Source: Chitinophaga pinensis (GTDB lineage: Bacteria; Bacteroidota; Bacteroidia; NS11-12g; UBA9320). From it: 64,000 nt of DNA. The stretch spans positions 577-64,576 of the forward strand of contig CAMDSC010000012.1 in NCBI GenBank assembly GCA_945907065.1, in the 5' to 3' direction. Within the stretch, counting starts at the first letter, position 1. Each line of letters opens with the position of its first letter. The notes under the pieces are model-generated. The model was not told the DNA's origin. It made no database searches and saw only the letters and a program-made list of their open reading frames with translations. Positions 1-9,889 of this stretch are shown piece by piece. Position numbers and translations under genes: made by a program.

Positions 1-201
1 GTGCAGCGTGGCGAACCAGCTGTATTTAAAGTAAATCAAGTTATTCCAGGATGGACAGAAGCTTTAAAACTTATGCCAGTAGGTTCTAAATGGGAGTTAT
101 ATATTCCATCTGCACTTGCTTATGGTGAGCAAGGTAACCAAGGAATTCCCGGCAATAGTGTTCTTATATTTGAAGTAGAACTTTTAGGTATAGAAAAGTA
201 A
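1..201 (+). CDS. FKBP-type peptidyl-prolyl cis-trans isomerase, C-terminal fragment (5' end outside window)
   Basis: FKBP fold motifs (GWTEAL, YIPSx[18 protein letters not shown]); near-identical to C-terminus of the next ORF, so a tandem paralog. Confidence 0.8.
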   Translation: MQRGEPAVFKVNQVIPGWTEALKLMPVGSKWELYIPSALAYGEQGNQGIPGNSVLIFEVELLGIEK

Positions 202-220
202 TTTTTATTTAATTTTTAAA

Positions 221-901
221 TTGAAAACTAAATTCACAATATTCGTCGCCTTGTTTGCTTTTGCTTTCGTAAGTAATGCTCAAAAAGGTTCGGTTGAAAA
301 TCCTAAAATAAAAACCAATGTTGACTCCATAAGCTATGCTTTAGGCTCATTAATTGGTGCCGATTTAAAAAACGGTGGTTTTTCAGAAATTAATTATAAA
401 GTGATGAATGCTGCGATGCAACGTGCTATCAAAGGGGATTCACTTATTATGTCTAAAGAGCTTTCAAATTCTTTACTGCAAGCTGCAGCCATGGCTGAAA
501 TGAAAAAAAAATCAGCCGAAACTGAAAAACTTTGTGCCACCTTTTTTGAAAAGAACAAAACTGCTCCCGGAGTAGTTACTACTGAATCAGGGTTGCAATA
601 TAAAATTATCAAACCAGGTACCGGTTCTAAACCTACCCTCGAGCAAAAAGTGAAAGTACATTATACCGGAAAATTATTGGATGGTAAAGTATTTGACAGC
701 TCTGTAGAACGTGGCGAACCTGCAGTATTTGGAGTTGGTCAGGTAATCCGTGGATGGACAGAAGCTTTGCAATTAATGCAGGTAGGCTCTAAATGGGAAC
801 TTTATATTCCATCAGATTTAGCTTATGGCCCACAAGGAACTCAGGGAATTCCAGGAGGAAGCCTTTTAATATTTGAAGTAGAACTTTTAGGAATAGAATA
901 A
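221..901 (+). CDS. FKBP-type peptidyl-prolyl cis-trans isomerase (FkpA/FklB-like), secreted
   Basis: N-terminal signal peptide (MKTKFTIFVALFAFAFVSNA); N-terminal dimerisation-like helix region plus C-terminal FKBP domain (VIRGWTEAL...LIFEVELL). Confidence 0.85.
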   Translation: MKTKFTIFVALFAFAFVSNAQKGSVENPKIKTNVDSISYALGSLIGADLKNGGFSEINYKVMNAAMQRAIKGDSLIMSKELSNSLLQAAAMAEMKKKSAETEKLCATFFEKNKTAPGVVTTESGLQYKIIKPGTGSKPTLEQKVKVHYTGKLLDGKVFDSSVERGEPAVFGVGQVIRGWTEALQLMQVGSKWELYIPSDLAYGPQGTQGIPGGSLLIFEVELLGIE

Positions 902-920
902 CTTAAAAATTTAATAAAAA

Positions 921-957
921 AGCCCCAAGATTTTAAAATCTTGGGGCTTTTTTATTT
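921..957 (+). terminator. rho-independent terminator after FKBP gene
   Basis: stem agccccaagatt / aatcttggggct followed by T-run (tttttatttt). Confidence 0.7.
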
Positions 958-1041
958 TATCCATTGACTGAAATCAACGCCAATGGATTTAGATTTATTA
1001 ATTCATTGCCTTCAGATTTATCTGACGGATTAAAAAAGGAT

Positions 1042-2070
1042 TTAAAACAATGAAGGATTATTACCATTCATCCGTATCCTACCCAAATGTTCGTATGCTA
1101 AAGCTGTAGCTTCTCGGCCTCTTGCAGTTCGCATAAGCAATCCCTGCTGAATAAGGAAAGGTTCATACACTTCTTCAATCGTTCCTCCTTCTTCTCCCAC
1201 CGCTGTGGCAATTGTATTTAAACCTACCGGCCCACCTTTAAATTTATCAATAATGGTTACCAGTATTTTATTATCCATTTCATCCAATCCCAGTTTATCT
1301 ACATTCAAGGCATCTAATGAATAGCGGGCAATATCAAGAGTAATTACTCCATTGCCTTTAATCTGAGCAAAATCTCGGGTACGACGAAGTAATGAATTGG
1401 CCACACGAGGGGTTCCTCGACTTCTTCGGGCTATTTCATAAGCCGCTTCATCTTCAATAGGCGTATTAATAATTTTGGAAGAACGCTTTATAATGGTTTG
1501 TAAAAGTTTTGAGTCATAATATTCCAATCGGCAATTAATACCAAACCTTGCCCGCAAAGGCGAAGTGAGCAAGCCCGAACGGGTGGTAGCTCCAATCAAG
1601 GTAAACGGATTTAAACTAATTTGAACCGAACGGGCATTTGGGCCCGTGTCAATCATTATATCAATTTTATAATCCTCCATGGCACTGTAAAGGTATTCTT
1701 CCACAACATTACTCAGTCGATGAATTTCATCAATAAAAAGCACATCGCCTTTTTCTAAATTAGTAAGTAAACCCGCCAAATCGCCTGGCTTTTCAATTAC
1801 AGGGCCAGAGGTAATTCTGATATTGGTTTTTAATTCGTTGGCTATAATATTAGAAAGGGTGGTTTTACCCAATCCCGGAGGGCCATGAAGCAAAACATGA
1901 TCGAGTGCCTCGCCTCTTAAAACTGCGGCTTTAACAAACACGCGCAAATTTTCCATAATTTTATCCTGCCCCGAGAAATCATTAAAGTTAGAGGGGCGTA
2001 AAACTTTTTCTAATTCCTGTTCTTGTGGCGAAAGATTTTCTTTATTGGGGTCAAGTACGTTATTTTGCAC
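1042..2070 (-). CDS. ruvB: Holliday junction branch migration DNA helicase RuvB
   Basis: Walker [10 protein letters not shown], Walker [10 protein letters not shown], sensor/arginine motifs; length 342 aa typical. Confidence 0.95.
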   Translation of the reverse strand: MQNNVLDPNKENLSPQEQELEKVLRPSNFNDFSGQDKIMENLRVFVKAAVLRGEALDHVLLHGPPGLGKTTLSNIIANELKTNIRITSGPVIEKPGDLAGLLTNLEKGDVLFIDEIHRLSNVVEEYLYSAMEDYKIDIMIDTGPNARSVQISLNPFTLIGATTRSGLLTSPLRARFGINCRLEYYDSKLLQTIIKRSSKIINTPIEDEAAYEIARRSRGTPRVANSLLRRTRDFAQIKGNGVITLDIARYSLDALNVDKLGLDEMDNKILVTIIDKFKGGPVGLNTIATAVGEEGGTIEEVYEPFLIQQGLLMRTARGREATALAYEHLGRIRMNGNNPSLF

Positions 2071-2217
2071 CTCACAAAATTAAATAATATTAACAGGCAA
2101 CCCACTACCTATATTACACATCTTTTTAGTATCGCATGAAATGCCCGAAGTACAATCTACAAACCATATAAAAGCGGATATCGGGCATTCTTTATCACCT
2201 TATTTTAAAAATTAGAA

Positions 2218-3312
2218 ATGAAATTGAATATAAAATATAATTTTTTAACACTATTACTTCTATCTGTAACCCTTCCACTTTATTCACAAGATGCCAAAAC
2301 TACACTTCAGGTAGATAAACGTTTTCATGATTTTGGAAAAATAAAAGAAGATGGCGGAAAAGTAAGAGCTGTATTTACTTTTAAAAATACCGGCTCGTCT
2401 GAACTAATCATTCAAAATGTAGAATCCTCATGTGGCTGCACAATTGGAGAATGGACTAAAGGTCCAATTGCTCCAGGAAATACAGGGATTGTTACAGGAA
2501 TTTATGACCCTAAAAATTTGATTGGAATTATTGACAAAACCCTTGGTGTATATACGAATGCTAAATTTGCAAAGGTTGTAATTTTAGAACTTAGAGGGGA
2601 AGTAATTCCTCGGGACAAAACAATGGATGATATATTTCCTTATCGCGCCGGAAACTTAATGTTTGATAAAGAAATGTTTGAATTTGGAGATGTGTTGAAC
2701 GACAAAAAGGATTCGGCATTTATAGTGATGTATAACGATGGCCAATATCCAATCAAGATAAATAACACATCGTCACTGCCTACTGGTTATATGATACGGC
2801 CTGAAAAAAGCATAATTGAGCCCAATGAAGAGGTAAGACTTTATGCAATTGTTGATGGAAATATATTTCAGGATTTTGGGCCGTTTAACAAAAATTTTAG
2901 ATTGATTACGGATGACCCTGAATATTCAGAAAAACCTTTGTATATGTTGGGAACCATTAAGTATAATTTTGGTAACCTTTCAAAAAAGGAAAAAAAAGAT
3001 GCTCCAAAATTTAGCATTGATAAACGTGAAAAAGATTTTGGAACACAACCTATCGGAGGTTTTGTATCTACTACTTTTATTATAACCAATAAGGGTAAAA
3101 ATGATTTAAAAATTTTGAGTCTTAAAGCACAATGCCATTGCACCGAGCCAAACATTGATAAAACTTTATTAAAGAAAGGGGAAACGGCTACCTTAACCGT
3201 AAAATTTGATTTATTAGGAAATATGGGAAGCACCCAAAAACCAGTTACTATTTATACTAACGACCCAAAAAAACCTACGGTTGATATATTATTAAAGGCC
3301 AACCTTTACTAA
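2218..3312 (+). CDS. DUF1573 (double-domain) secreted protein
   Basis: signal peptide; two copies of F-x-D-FG ... N-x-G ... L-x-I ... SCGCT / QCHCT pattern characteristic of DUF1573. Confidence 0.6.
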   Translation: MKLNIKYNFLTLLLLSVTLPLYSQDAKTTLQVDKRFHDFGKIKEDGGKVRAVFTFKNTGSSELIIQNVESSCGCTIGEWTKGPIAPGNTGIVTGIYDPKNLIGIIDKTLGVYTNAKFAKVVILELRGEVIPRDKTMDDIFPYRAGNLMFDKEMFEFGDVLNDKKDSAFIVMYNDGQYPIKINNTSSLPTGYMIRPEKSIIEPNEEVRLYAIVDGNIFQDFGPFNKNFRLITDDPEYSEKPLYMLGTIKYNFGNLSKKEKKDAPKFSIDKREKDFGTQPIGGFVSTTFIITNKGKNDLKILSLKAQCHCTEPNIDKTLLKKGETATLTVKFDLLGNMGSTQKPVTIYTNDPKKPTVDILLKANLY

Positions 3313-4721
3313 TTATTTTTAGGTTTCAGTCCTATTTCTGTTCCTTTTTTAATTATAAACTCCAACCCTTCGTTGTAGTCATTCTTTATTTCTCCGTCCA
3401 AAATTGCCTCGCGCAAAGCATTTTTCAGCACCCCTATTTCACGGCCTGCCCCAATTCCAAATAGTTCCATTATTTCAATCCCGTCAATTGGTGGTTGCCA
3501 ATTTCTAACACGGTCCCTTTCTTCTACATCTCTTATTTTATCCTCCACCACTTTCAGATTATTCAAAAACTTTCTAACCTTTAACTCATTTTTTGTTGTT
3601 ATGTCAGCTCTACAAAGTTTTAAAAGACTAAAAATATCTTCCCCTGCATCAAAAATCAACCGTCTAACGGCTGAATCGGTAACTATTTCCTGAGATAGCA
3701 CAATAGGCCGCAAATGAAGCTGAACCATTTTTTCAACGAATTTCATTTTTTCATTTAGTGGCAAACGCAACCGTTTAAAAATCCCTTTCACCATTCGTGC
3801 CCCTTTATCTTCATGACCATGAAAAGTCCACCCTTCACCTTTATAAAAGCGTTTGGTTTGTGGTTTAGCAATATCATGAAGTATGGCAGACCATCGCAAC
3901 CAAATATCATCTGATTCACGGCACAAATTATCAAGTACTTGAATGGTATGGTAAAAATTATCTTTATGCGAAAGTCCGTCAATGGTTTCCACCCCATGCA
4001 ATAAAGCCATTTCGGGAAAAACCAATTGCAATAAACCGGTATCAAATAATAAACTGAACCCTACGGATGGTTTGGGTGATAAAATTATCTTATTAATTTC
4101 ATCTGAAACACGCTCCATAGATACAATTTCAATCCTATGAGAATTATCTTTTATCCCCTGCAAGGTTTCGGGATGTAATGTAAAGTTGAGTTGCGAAGCA
4201 AACCGAATGGCCCGCATCATTCGCAAAGGATCATCGCTAAACGTAATTCCGGGAGCCAATGGCGTTTTTATTATCCCATCGTTCAAATCCTGCATTCCGT
4301 TATAAAAATCAATTAACTGACCATAGTCATCAGCATTCATGCTAATTGCCAAGGTGTTTATAGTAAAATCACGACGACTTAAATCATCTTCAAACGAACC
4401 GGGAGATACCAATGGTTTTCTACTTTCTGACTGATACGATTCTTTTCGGGCTCCCACAAATTCAATATCCCAATCCTCGTTTTTTATCATGGCCGTGCCA
4501 AAATTTTTAAAAACATGAACGTCCGAATTATCCCCTAATTTTTTAGCTACAGCCTGAGCAAAATCTATCCCATCACCAATCACCGTAAAATCGATATCCT
4601 TGGATGGACGCTTTAAAAAAATATCACGAACATACCCACCTACCACGTAGGCTTTCACCCCGGTTTCGGCAGCCACCTGTGCCACTACTCCAAAAACTTT
4701 ATGCCCTAGTGAATCCTGCAT
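3309..4721 (-). CDS. CCA tRNA nucleotidyltransferase / poly(A) polymerase-family protein with HD domain
   Basis: N-terminal nucleotidyltransferase motif GGYVRD...DIDF, RxxTxNxL head motif, central HD domain (HDIAK), 470 aa. Confidence 0.75.
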   Translation of the reverse strand: MQDSLGHKVFGVVAQVAAETGVKAYVVGGYVRDIFLKRPSKDIDFTVIGDGIDFAQAVAKKLGDNSDVHVFKNFGTAMIKNEDWDIEFVGARKESYQSESRKPLVSPGSFEDDLSRRDFTINTLAISMNADDYGQLIDFYNGMQDLNDGIIKTPLAPGITFSDDPLRMMRAIRFASQLNFTLHPETLQGIKDNSHRIEIVSMERVSDEINKIILSPKPSVGFSLLFDTGLLQLVFPEMALLHGVETIDGLSHKDNFYHTIQVLDNLCRESDDIWLRWSAILHDIAKPQTKRFYKGEGWTFHGHEDKGARMVKGIFKRLRLPLNEKMKFVEKMVQLHLRPIVLSQEIVTDSAVRRLIFDAGEDIFSLLKLCRADITTKNELKVRKFLNNLKVVEDKIRDVEERDRVRNWQPPIDGIEIMELFGIGAGREIGVLKNALREAILDGEIKNDYNEGLEFIIKKGTEIGLKPKNN

Positions 4722-4817
4722 TGGGCGGCAAAAATAACTCTGAAAAATGAGTAATGAATGGTTAATTATTAATGGTTAATGGTTAATTAATAATTCGAAG
4801 GTAAAGATTCACTAGCT

Positions 4818-6326
4818 TTGTGCATTATGTTGCCCATTTACACAGCTTCTACTATTCGTCAATGGGATGAATACACCATTAAAAATGAACCTGTAAATTC
4901 CATTGACTTAATGGAAAGAGCTGCCAAAGCTTGTGTCGTTTGGCTTGTAAAAAACATTTCAATCGAACACCCCATTGAAATTGTTTGCGGAAACGGTAAT
5001 AATGGTGGTGACGGATTGGCCATAGCCCGATGGCTTCTTTTTTATAACTATAATGTAAGGGTTTTTATAAAAAATGATTTAAAAAAATCAGAGGATAATT
5101 TAACAAACCTTAAAAGGCTGAAAGAGTGTGGATTTACTGAAATAATAAACCTTAATGAAAATACTGATATAAATTTTCAAAACAATTCAGTAATTATCGA
5201 CTGTATTTTTGGGACAGGATTAGACCGACCTGTAGAAGGATTTTGGATGAATGTTATTAATCAAATCAACCAATCCAACTGCCGGGTTATTAGTATTGAC
5301 ATAACTTCCGGTTTATTTTCAGAACCATCCATTACCGTTGACTTAAGTCAACGACAATTGACAATACAAGCCACAGCTACTTTAACGTTTAAAACCCCAA
5401 AACTTGGTATGTTGATTCCCGGCTGGGGAAACTACTGCGGGCAACTGGAAATTTTGGATATTGGTTTAAGTCAAAATTTTATTGATGAAAACGCTTCAAA
5501 ACAGTTTTTTGTAACCTTTGATGACATTGCAAAAAGGTTCAAAAAAAAGGAGAAATTTTCACACAAAGGAACTTACGGTCACGCCTTAATGGTTGCAGGA
5601 AATAAGGGCAAATGCGGAGCGGCTATTTTAAGTTCAAAGGCTTGTTTAAAAAGTGGAGTAGGCTTGGTTACTGTTCATAATATTGATGAATGTTCTTTTG
5701 CTATTCATACCTCAATTCCTGAAGTTATGATGGATAACTCACCTATGGAATCTTTGGACGTAAAGTGTTTTTCAGCCATTGGCATAGGGCCGGGAATTGG
5801 GACCGAAAACAACCAAAAGGAGTTATTACAAACTATTCTTAAAAATGCCGAATGCCCTTTGTTATTGGATGCCGATGCTTTAACCCTCTATTCAAAAAAT
5901 CCCAACAATTATCAATTACCTACCAATTCAATTCTTACCCCACATCTCAAGGAGTTTGATAGATTAGCCGGAGAATCTAAAAATGCTTATGAACGCTTAA
6001 CAAAGGCTCAAAATTTTGCAAAAGAAAACAATGTAATTTTGGTTTTAAAAGGGGCTTACACTGCCATTTGCAATGTGGATGGAAAGGTGTTTTTTAACAG
6101 TACCGGAAATGCCGGAATGGCCACAGCTAGAAGCGGCGATGTGCTTTCAGGAATTATTACATCATTATTGGCTCAGGGCTATTTGCCGATTGAAGCTGCA
6201 ATTATTGGGGTATTTATTCACGGAGCTGCGGGTGATTTTGCTGCCAAAAATAAATCCATAACCAGCATGATTGCTTCGGATATTATTGAAAATTTAGATT
6301 TGGTTTTTAGGGAATTGGAGGGGTAA
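4818..6326 (+). CDS. nnr: bifunctional NAD(P)H-hydrate repair enzyme (YjeF_N epimerase / YjeF_C ADP-dependent dehydratase)
   Basis: N-terminal GxGNNGGDG motif, C-terminal carbohydrate-kinase-like domain with GxGDVLSG; 502 aa. Confidence 0.85.
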   Translation: MCIMLPIYTASTIRQWDEYTIKNEPVNSIDLMERAAKACVVWLVKNISIEHPIEIVCGNGNNGGDGLAIARWLLFYNYNVRVFIKNDLKKSEDNLTNLKRLKECGFTEIINLNENTDINFQNNSVIIDCIFGTGLDRPVEGFWMNVINQINQSNCRVISIDITSGLFSEPSITVDLSQRQLTIQATATLTFKTPKLGMLIPGWGNYCGQLEILDIGLSQNFIDENASKQFFVTFDDIAKRFKKKEKFSHKGTYGHALMVAGNKGKCGAAILSSKACLKSGVGLVTVHNIDECSFAIHTSIPEVMMDNSPMESLDVKCFSAIGIGPGIGTENNQKELLQTILKNAECPLLLDADALTLYSKNPNNYQLPTNSILTPHLKEFDRLAGESKNAYERLTKAQNFAKENNVILVLKGAYTAICNVDGKVFFNSTGNAGMATARSGDVLSGIITSLLAQGYLPIEAAIIGVFIHGAAGDFAAKNKSITSMIASDIIENLDLVFRELEG

Positions 6327-6330
6327 TCCT

Positions 6331-7233
6331 TTAAATGGCATCCACTTTTACCGAAGTCATACTCAACGATCCCGCTAATAATTTATCATTAAAAAAGGAA
6401 ACCTTGTCTTTTTCCTCTACCAATCCTAAAATGTAAAGCAAAGGATAATAATGGTCAGGCGTTGGGATAGCATTGCGGCCTGCTGTGCCAAAATTTTGGT
6501 AATTTATTAATGCTTTGTGGTCGCCACTCAGAATGGCGGTTTTAAATTTTTCATTCATTTCTATGGCCCAGTCAAAGCCATAATTGGGTTCATTCATTTT
6601 ATCCCAAGCCACCATTCCCAAATTATGAACCATATTGCCGCTGCCAATTATTAGCACTCCTTTTTTTCTTAAAGTTTCCAATTCTTTGGCTAATTCATAA
6701 TGGTATTGGGCGGGTTGGTTATAGTCAATACTTAATTGTAAAACCGGAATGTCGGCATCGGGATACATATTTTTAGTAATGCTCCACGTGCCGTGGTCAA
6801 GCCCCCAATCGTGGTCAAGCCCTACCGTTGTTTTTTTGAATAAGGCGGCTGTTTCTTTAGCCAGTTCAGGATTTCCTGGTGCAGGATACTGAACATCAAA
6901 CAAGGCTTTTGGAAATCCCCCAAAATCATGAATTGTTGGGGGATTAACCATTGCCGTAATATGCGTACCCTTAGTTAGCCAGTGGGCCGAAATACACAAC
7001 ACCGCTTTTGGTTTTGGTATTTCTTTGCCCATGGCTTTCCAGCGTTGCGAAAACTCATTGTCTTCAATGCCATTCATTGGCGACCCATGCCCTACAAACA
7101 ATAAAGGAAGTTTTTCATCCTGCTCAGGCAGGCTATCGGTGAGTGAATTAAACGATCCTAGTGTTGTCATTGCTGTAGCTGCTGAAATTAATTTTATAAA
7201 ATCTTTGCGTTGCATGGTGATGCCGTGTGGCAA
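6331..7233 (-). CDS. class III extradiol ring-cleavage dioxygenase (YgiD / 4,5-DOPA dioxygenase-like) with Tat-like signal
   Basis: LLFVGHGSPMN and HxxxxxH motifs of the LigB/YgiD family; N-terminus QRKDFIKLISAATAMTTLGS resembles a twin-arginine (RK variant) signal. Confidence 0.75.
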   Translation of the reverse strand: MPHGITMQRKDFIKLISAATAMTTLGSFNSLTDSLPEQDEKLPLLFVGHGSPMNGIEDNEFSQRWKAMGKEIPKPKAVLCISAHWLTKGTHITAMVNPPTIHDFGGFPKALFDVQYPAPGNPELAKETAALFKKTTVGLDHDWGLDHGTWSITKNMYPDADIPVLQLSIDYNQPAQYHYELAKELETLRKKGVLIIGSGNMVHNLGMVAWDKMNEPNYGFDWAIEMNEKFKTAILSGDHKALINYQNFGTAGRNAIPTPDHYYPLLYILGLVEEKDKVSFFNDKLLAGSLSMTSVKVDAI

Positions 7234-7238
7234 GTTTA

Positions 7239-7910
7239 CTACTTACTTTTTATATCCAAAGAAATATTTACTACTTCAGAAATAAATTTATCCTTCAATG
7301 ACTTATCGTTACCATACTTTATGCCCCATAAGGTGCGGTCGATATTGAAACTACCAACTACGGAGTAAATACCATTGGTGTTTTCAATTTTGGCAGGGAA
7401 CGACACATTTTTAGTGGCGTCTTTCAACGTTAAGTTACCACTTACTTTGTAATTGGCTCCATCTGTTACAGAGCTATCAGTGGCTGTGGCAGTATATGGT
7501 TCAACAGAAGTTATTTCAAATTTTGCAGTTGGAAATATTTCAGCATCAAAAAAATCAGCACTTAATAAATGAGGTAATAATTTGGCTTGAAACATTTCTT
7601 CTTTTTGATCCAATACCAAAGATTTTATATCAATAACTACTGTTCCGCCGTTAACTTTACCTTCGGCAGCTGTTAAATTACCTGATGATACTTTAAAAAA
7701 TCCCGGATGATTTTTTCCTACACCGTTTCCTACAAAACCTACTTTTGAGGTTTCAATATTAATCAGGACTTCATTTCCTAATGTTGAATCTACAACTTGT
7801 TCGTCAGTAATCTTAGCTTCATCACCCTTTGGGGTGTTAGAACATGATGCTACAAATAAGGAACCCACTATCAAAGCCATTCCTGCTAATGATTTTATGT
7901 TTATTTTCAT
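7239..7910 (-). CDS. YceI-family lipoprotein
   Basis: lipoprotein signal MKINIKSLAGMALIVGSLFVASC; YceI-like beta-barrel repeats (FxxxxxxG...ExDxxSxxT). Start moved from ORF-track 7961 to the internal ATG at 7910, directly before the signal peptide. Confidence 0.7.
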   Translation of the reverse strand: MKINIKSLAGMALIVGSLFVASCSNTPKGDEAKITDEQVVDSTLGNEVLINIETSKVGFVGNGVGKNHPGFFKVSSGNLTAAEGKVNGGTVVIDIKSLVLDQKEEMFQAKLLPHLLSADFFDAEIFPTAKFEITSVEPYTATATDSSVTDGANYKVSGNLTLKDATKNVSFPAKIENTNGIYSVVGSFNIDRTLWGIKYGNDKSLKDKFISEVVNISLDIKSK

Positions 7911-7929
7911 TTTTTTAATTATTAAATAA

Positions 7930-8478
7930 TTAAGCTTGTTTTGAAAATTGAACTTCGGCATGAATTCTTACTTCTTCACTTACCAATAATCCTCCTGCTG
8001 CCAATGGTGCATTCCAGCTTAGGTTCCACTCTGTTCTGTTTATTTTACCATTTAAAGTAAAACCAACTTTTTGGTTTCCCCATGGATCGATACCCATTCC
8101 ACCAAATTCTACACTTAAAATTGCAGGCTTAGTGATTGCGTTAATGGTTAATTTGCCGTGCAATTCATAATTGTCGTTACCTAAATTTTTCAATTCCGAA
8201 GAAACAAATTTCATTTCAGGATAATTGGCAATGTCAAAAAAATCAGGAGATTTAATGTGACCATCGCGTTGTTCACTGCCGGTAGTAAAGGAAGCTACAT
8301 CGGCATTAAAGTTAATTTTTGCAGTTGAAAAATCGTCACCGTCGGTTTCTACGTTTACATCAAATTTTCCGAATGAACCGGAAACGTTGGTAATCATCAT
8401 GTGTTTTACTTTAAACCCAAGTTCACTGTGTGATGCATCTAGGTTCCAAATTGTTTTCGCTGTTGCTGTTGTTGTCAT
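7930..8478 (-). CDS. YceI-family protein
   Basis: WNLDASHSELGFKVKHMMITNVSGSF... classic YceI N-terminus; tandem to a second YceI gene. Confidence 0.8.
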   Translation of the reverse strand: MTTTATAKTIWNLDASHSELGFKVKHMMITNVSGSFGKFDVNVETDGDDFSTAKINFNADVASFTTGSEQRDGHIKSPDFFDIANYPEMKFVSSELKNLGNDNYELHGKLTINAITKPAILSVEFGGMGIDPWGNQKVGFTLNGKINRTEWNLSWNAPLAAGGLLVSEEVRIHAEVQFSKQA

Positions 8479-8580
8479 AATTTTTTGTTTAAATATTATG
8501 ATACTAAATTACAACGGGCATTAAGCATCAATCCTTGATGTAAGCCAAGAAATGCTATTGATGTAGGTTAAGAAAAAAGG

Positions 8581-9162
8581 CTACTTAGCCAATTGCTTGC
8601 GGATGCGACTTAGGCTTTCGGGAGCAATACCAAGATAAGATGCAATAACAAGTTGAGGAACACGCTGCACTATTTGAGGATATTTTTTTATAAAAGCTAA
8701 ATATCGCTCCTCTGCAGAACTTGATAGCATGGAATTGACTCGGCGTTGGGTGGCCATATAATTATTTTCTAAAAGTATTCGGTGAAACCGCTCGTAACCC
8801 GGGACCTCCTTTAAAATCTTTTCACGTGCTTCTATATCCATAACTACAATTTCACAATCTTCCAACGCTTCAATAGTAAAATTGGCCGGTTCACCTGTTA
8901 AATGGCTATACATATCACTTATCCACCAGCCCTCAAGAGCAATTTGAAAAACATGCTCGTCACCATTTTTATCAATTGTATAGGTTTTTAAACAGCCCTT
9001 ACTAACAAATCCGGCATACCTGCACACATTGCCTTCTTGTAAAAAAAACTGCCGTTTTTTTAACTTCGTTACCAAACAATTATTTATAAAAACTTCTTTG
9101 TCAGCCTGTGTTAATTGAATAGTTTTCGAAATAGTATCTATGAAAAATTCCATCATCTGCAA
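8581..9162 (-). CDS. Crp/Fnr-family transcriptional regulator
   Basis: N-terminal cNMP-binding beta-roll (FLQEGNVCRYAGFVSKGCLK), C-terminal HTH (ASYLGIAPESLSRIRK). Confidence 0.8.
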   Translation of the reverse strand: MQMMEFFIDTISKTIQLTQADKEVFINNCLVTKLKKRQFFLQEGNVCRYAGFVSKGCLKTYTIDKNGDEHVFQIALEGWWISDMYSHLTGEPANFTIEALEDCEIVVMDIEAREKILKEVPGYERFHRILLENNYMATQRRVNSMLSSSAEERYLAFIKKYPQIVQRVPQLVIASYLGIAPESLSRIRKQLAK

Positions 9163-9337
9163 TTATTTAAACGCCAAACAAAGTTATTAGTTTTTAATAT
9201 TTACAAAATCTTTAACCCAAATTTTATACAATAATTAAATTTTAATCGTAATTTGAATTAAGTTTCTAATAAATCACATCCAATAGAGTGTCACATATTT
9301 CAAACAACTTGCGTCTATACCACTATTAAATAAGCTT

Positions 9338-9889
9338 TTGGACGAAAAAAACCTCATAAAAGCATGTGCAAAAGGTGACTCAACAGCTCACCGAATGGTA
9401 TATGATAAATATGGACCTCAACTTATGGGCCTGTGCATGAGGTATGCCGGAAACAGAGAGGATGCCGAAGAGATTTTTCACGATAGTTTGATAAAGGTTT
9501 TCAATAATATTAAAACCTTTAAATATGAAAGTAGTTTAAAAACATGGATTTGTAGAATAGGAATTAATACAGCACTAGATTTTTTAAGAAAAAGAAAAAA
9601 GACATTATTTCTTAGCCATATTTCAGATTATGACCATGAAATAGTTGACAGCGATATTCCTTCAGAAGTTAGCCTTGAAGCCGAAACCGCTATGAAATTG
9701 TTAAAAACTATGCCTGTAAATCAGCAGGTTATTATCAATTTATTTATAATAGAAGAAATGAGCCATAGGGAAATAGCAGCCCAATTAGGAATAAGTGAAG
9801 AGGCCAGCAGAGTGCAATTGAGCCGAGCAAAACGAGTATTATCAAATATAATAAATACAAATATTACAAGAAATGAACACCAAAAATAA
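9338..9889 (+). CDS. RNA polymerase sigma-70 factor, ECF subfamily
   Basis: region 2 (FxxxYxxYxxxLxxxCxRY) and region 4 HTH (MSHREIAAQLGISEEASRVQLSRAKRVL); 183 aa. Confidence 0.85.
   Translation: MDEKNLIKACAKGDSTAHRMVYDKYGPQLMGLCMRYAGNREDAEEIFHDSLIKVFNNIKTFKYESSLKTWICRIGINTALDFLRKRKKTLFLSHISDYDHEIVDSDIPSEVSLEAETAMKLLKTMPVNQQVIINLFIIEEMSHREIAAQLGISEEASRVQLSRAKRVLSNIINTNITRNEHQK

Noticed and set aside
394-612. 72-aa minus-strand ORF inside FKBP gene, and similar antisense ORFs at 2868-3233, 3788-4045, 6073-6261, 7025-7285
   Set aside because: They overlap well-supported genes on the opposite strand. No signal or domain features.
2100-2217. Imperfect inverted repeat (aatgcccga ... tcgggcatt) upstream of the DUF1573 gene as a regulatory hairpin
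   Set aside because: 8-bp arms with a ~35-nt loop. Too weak to distinguish from chance.
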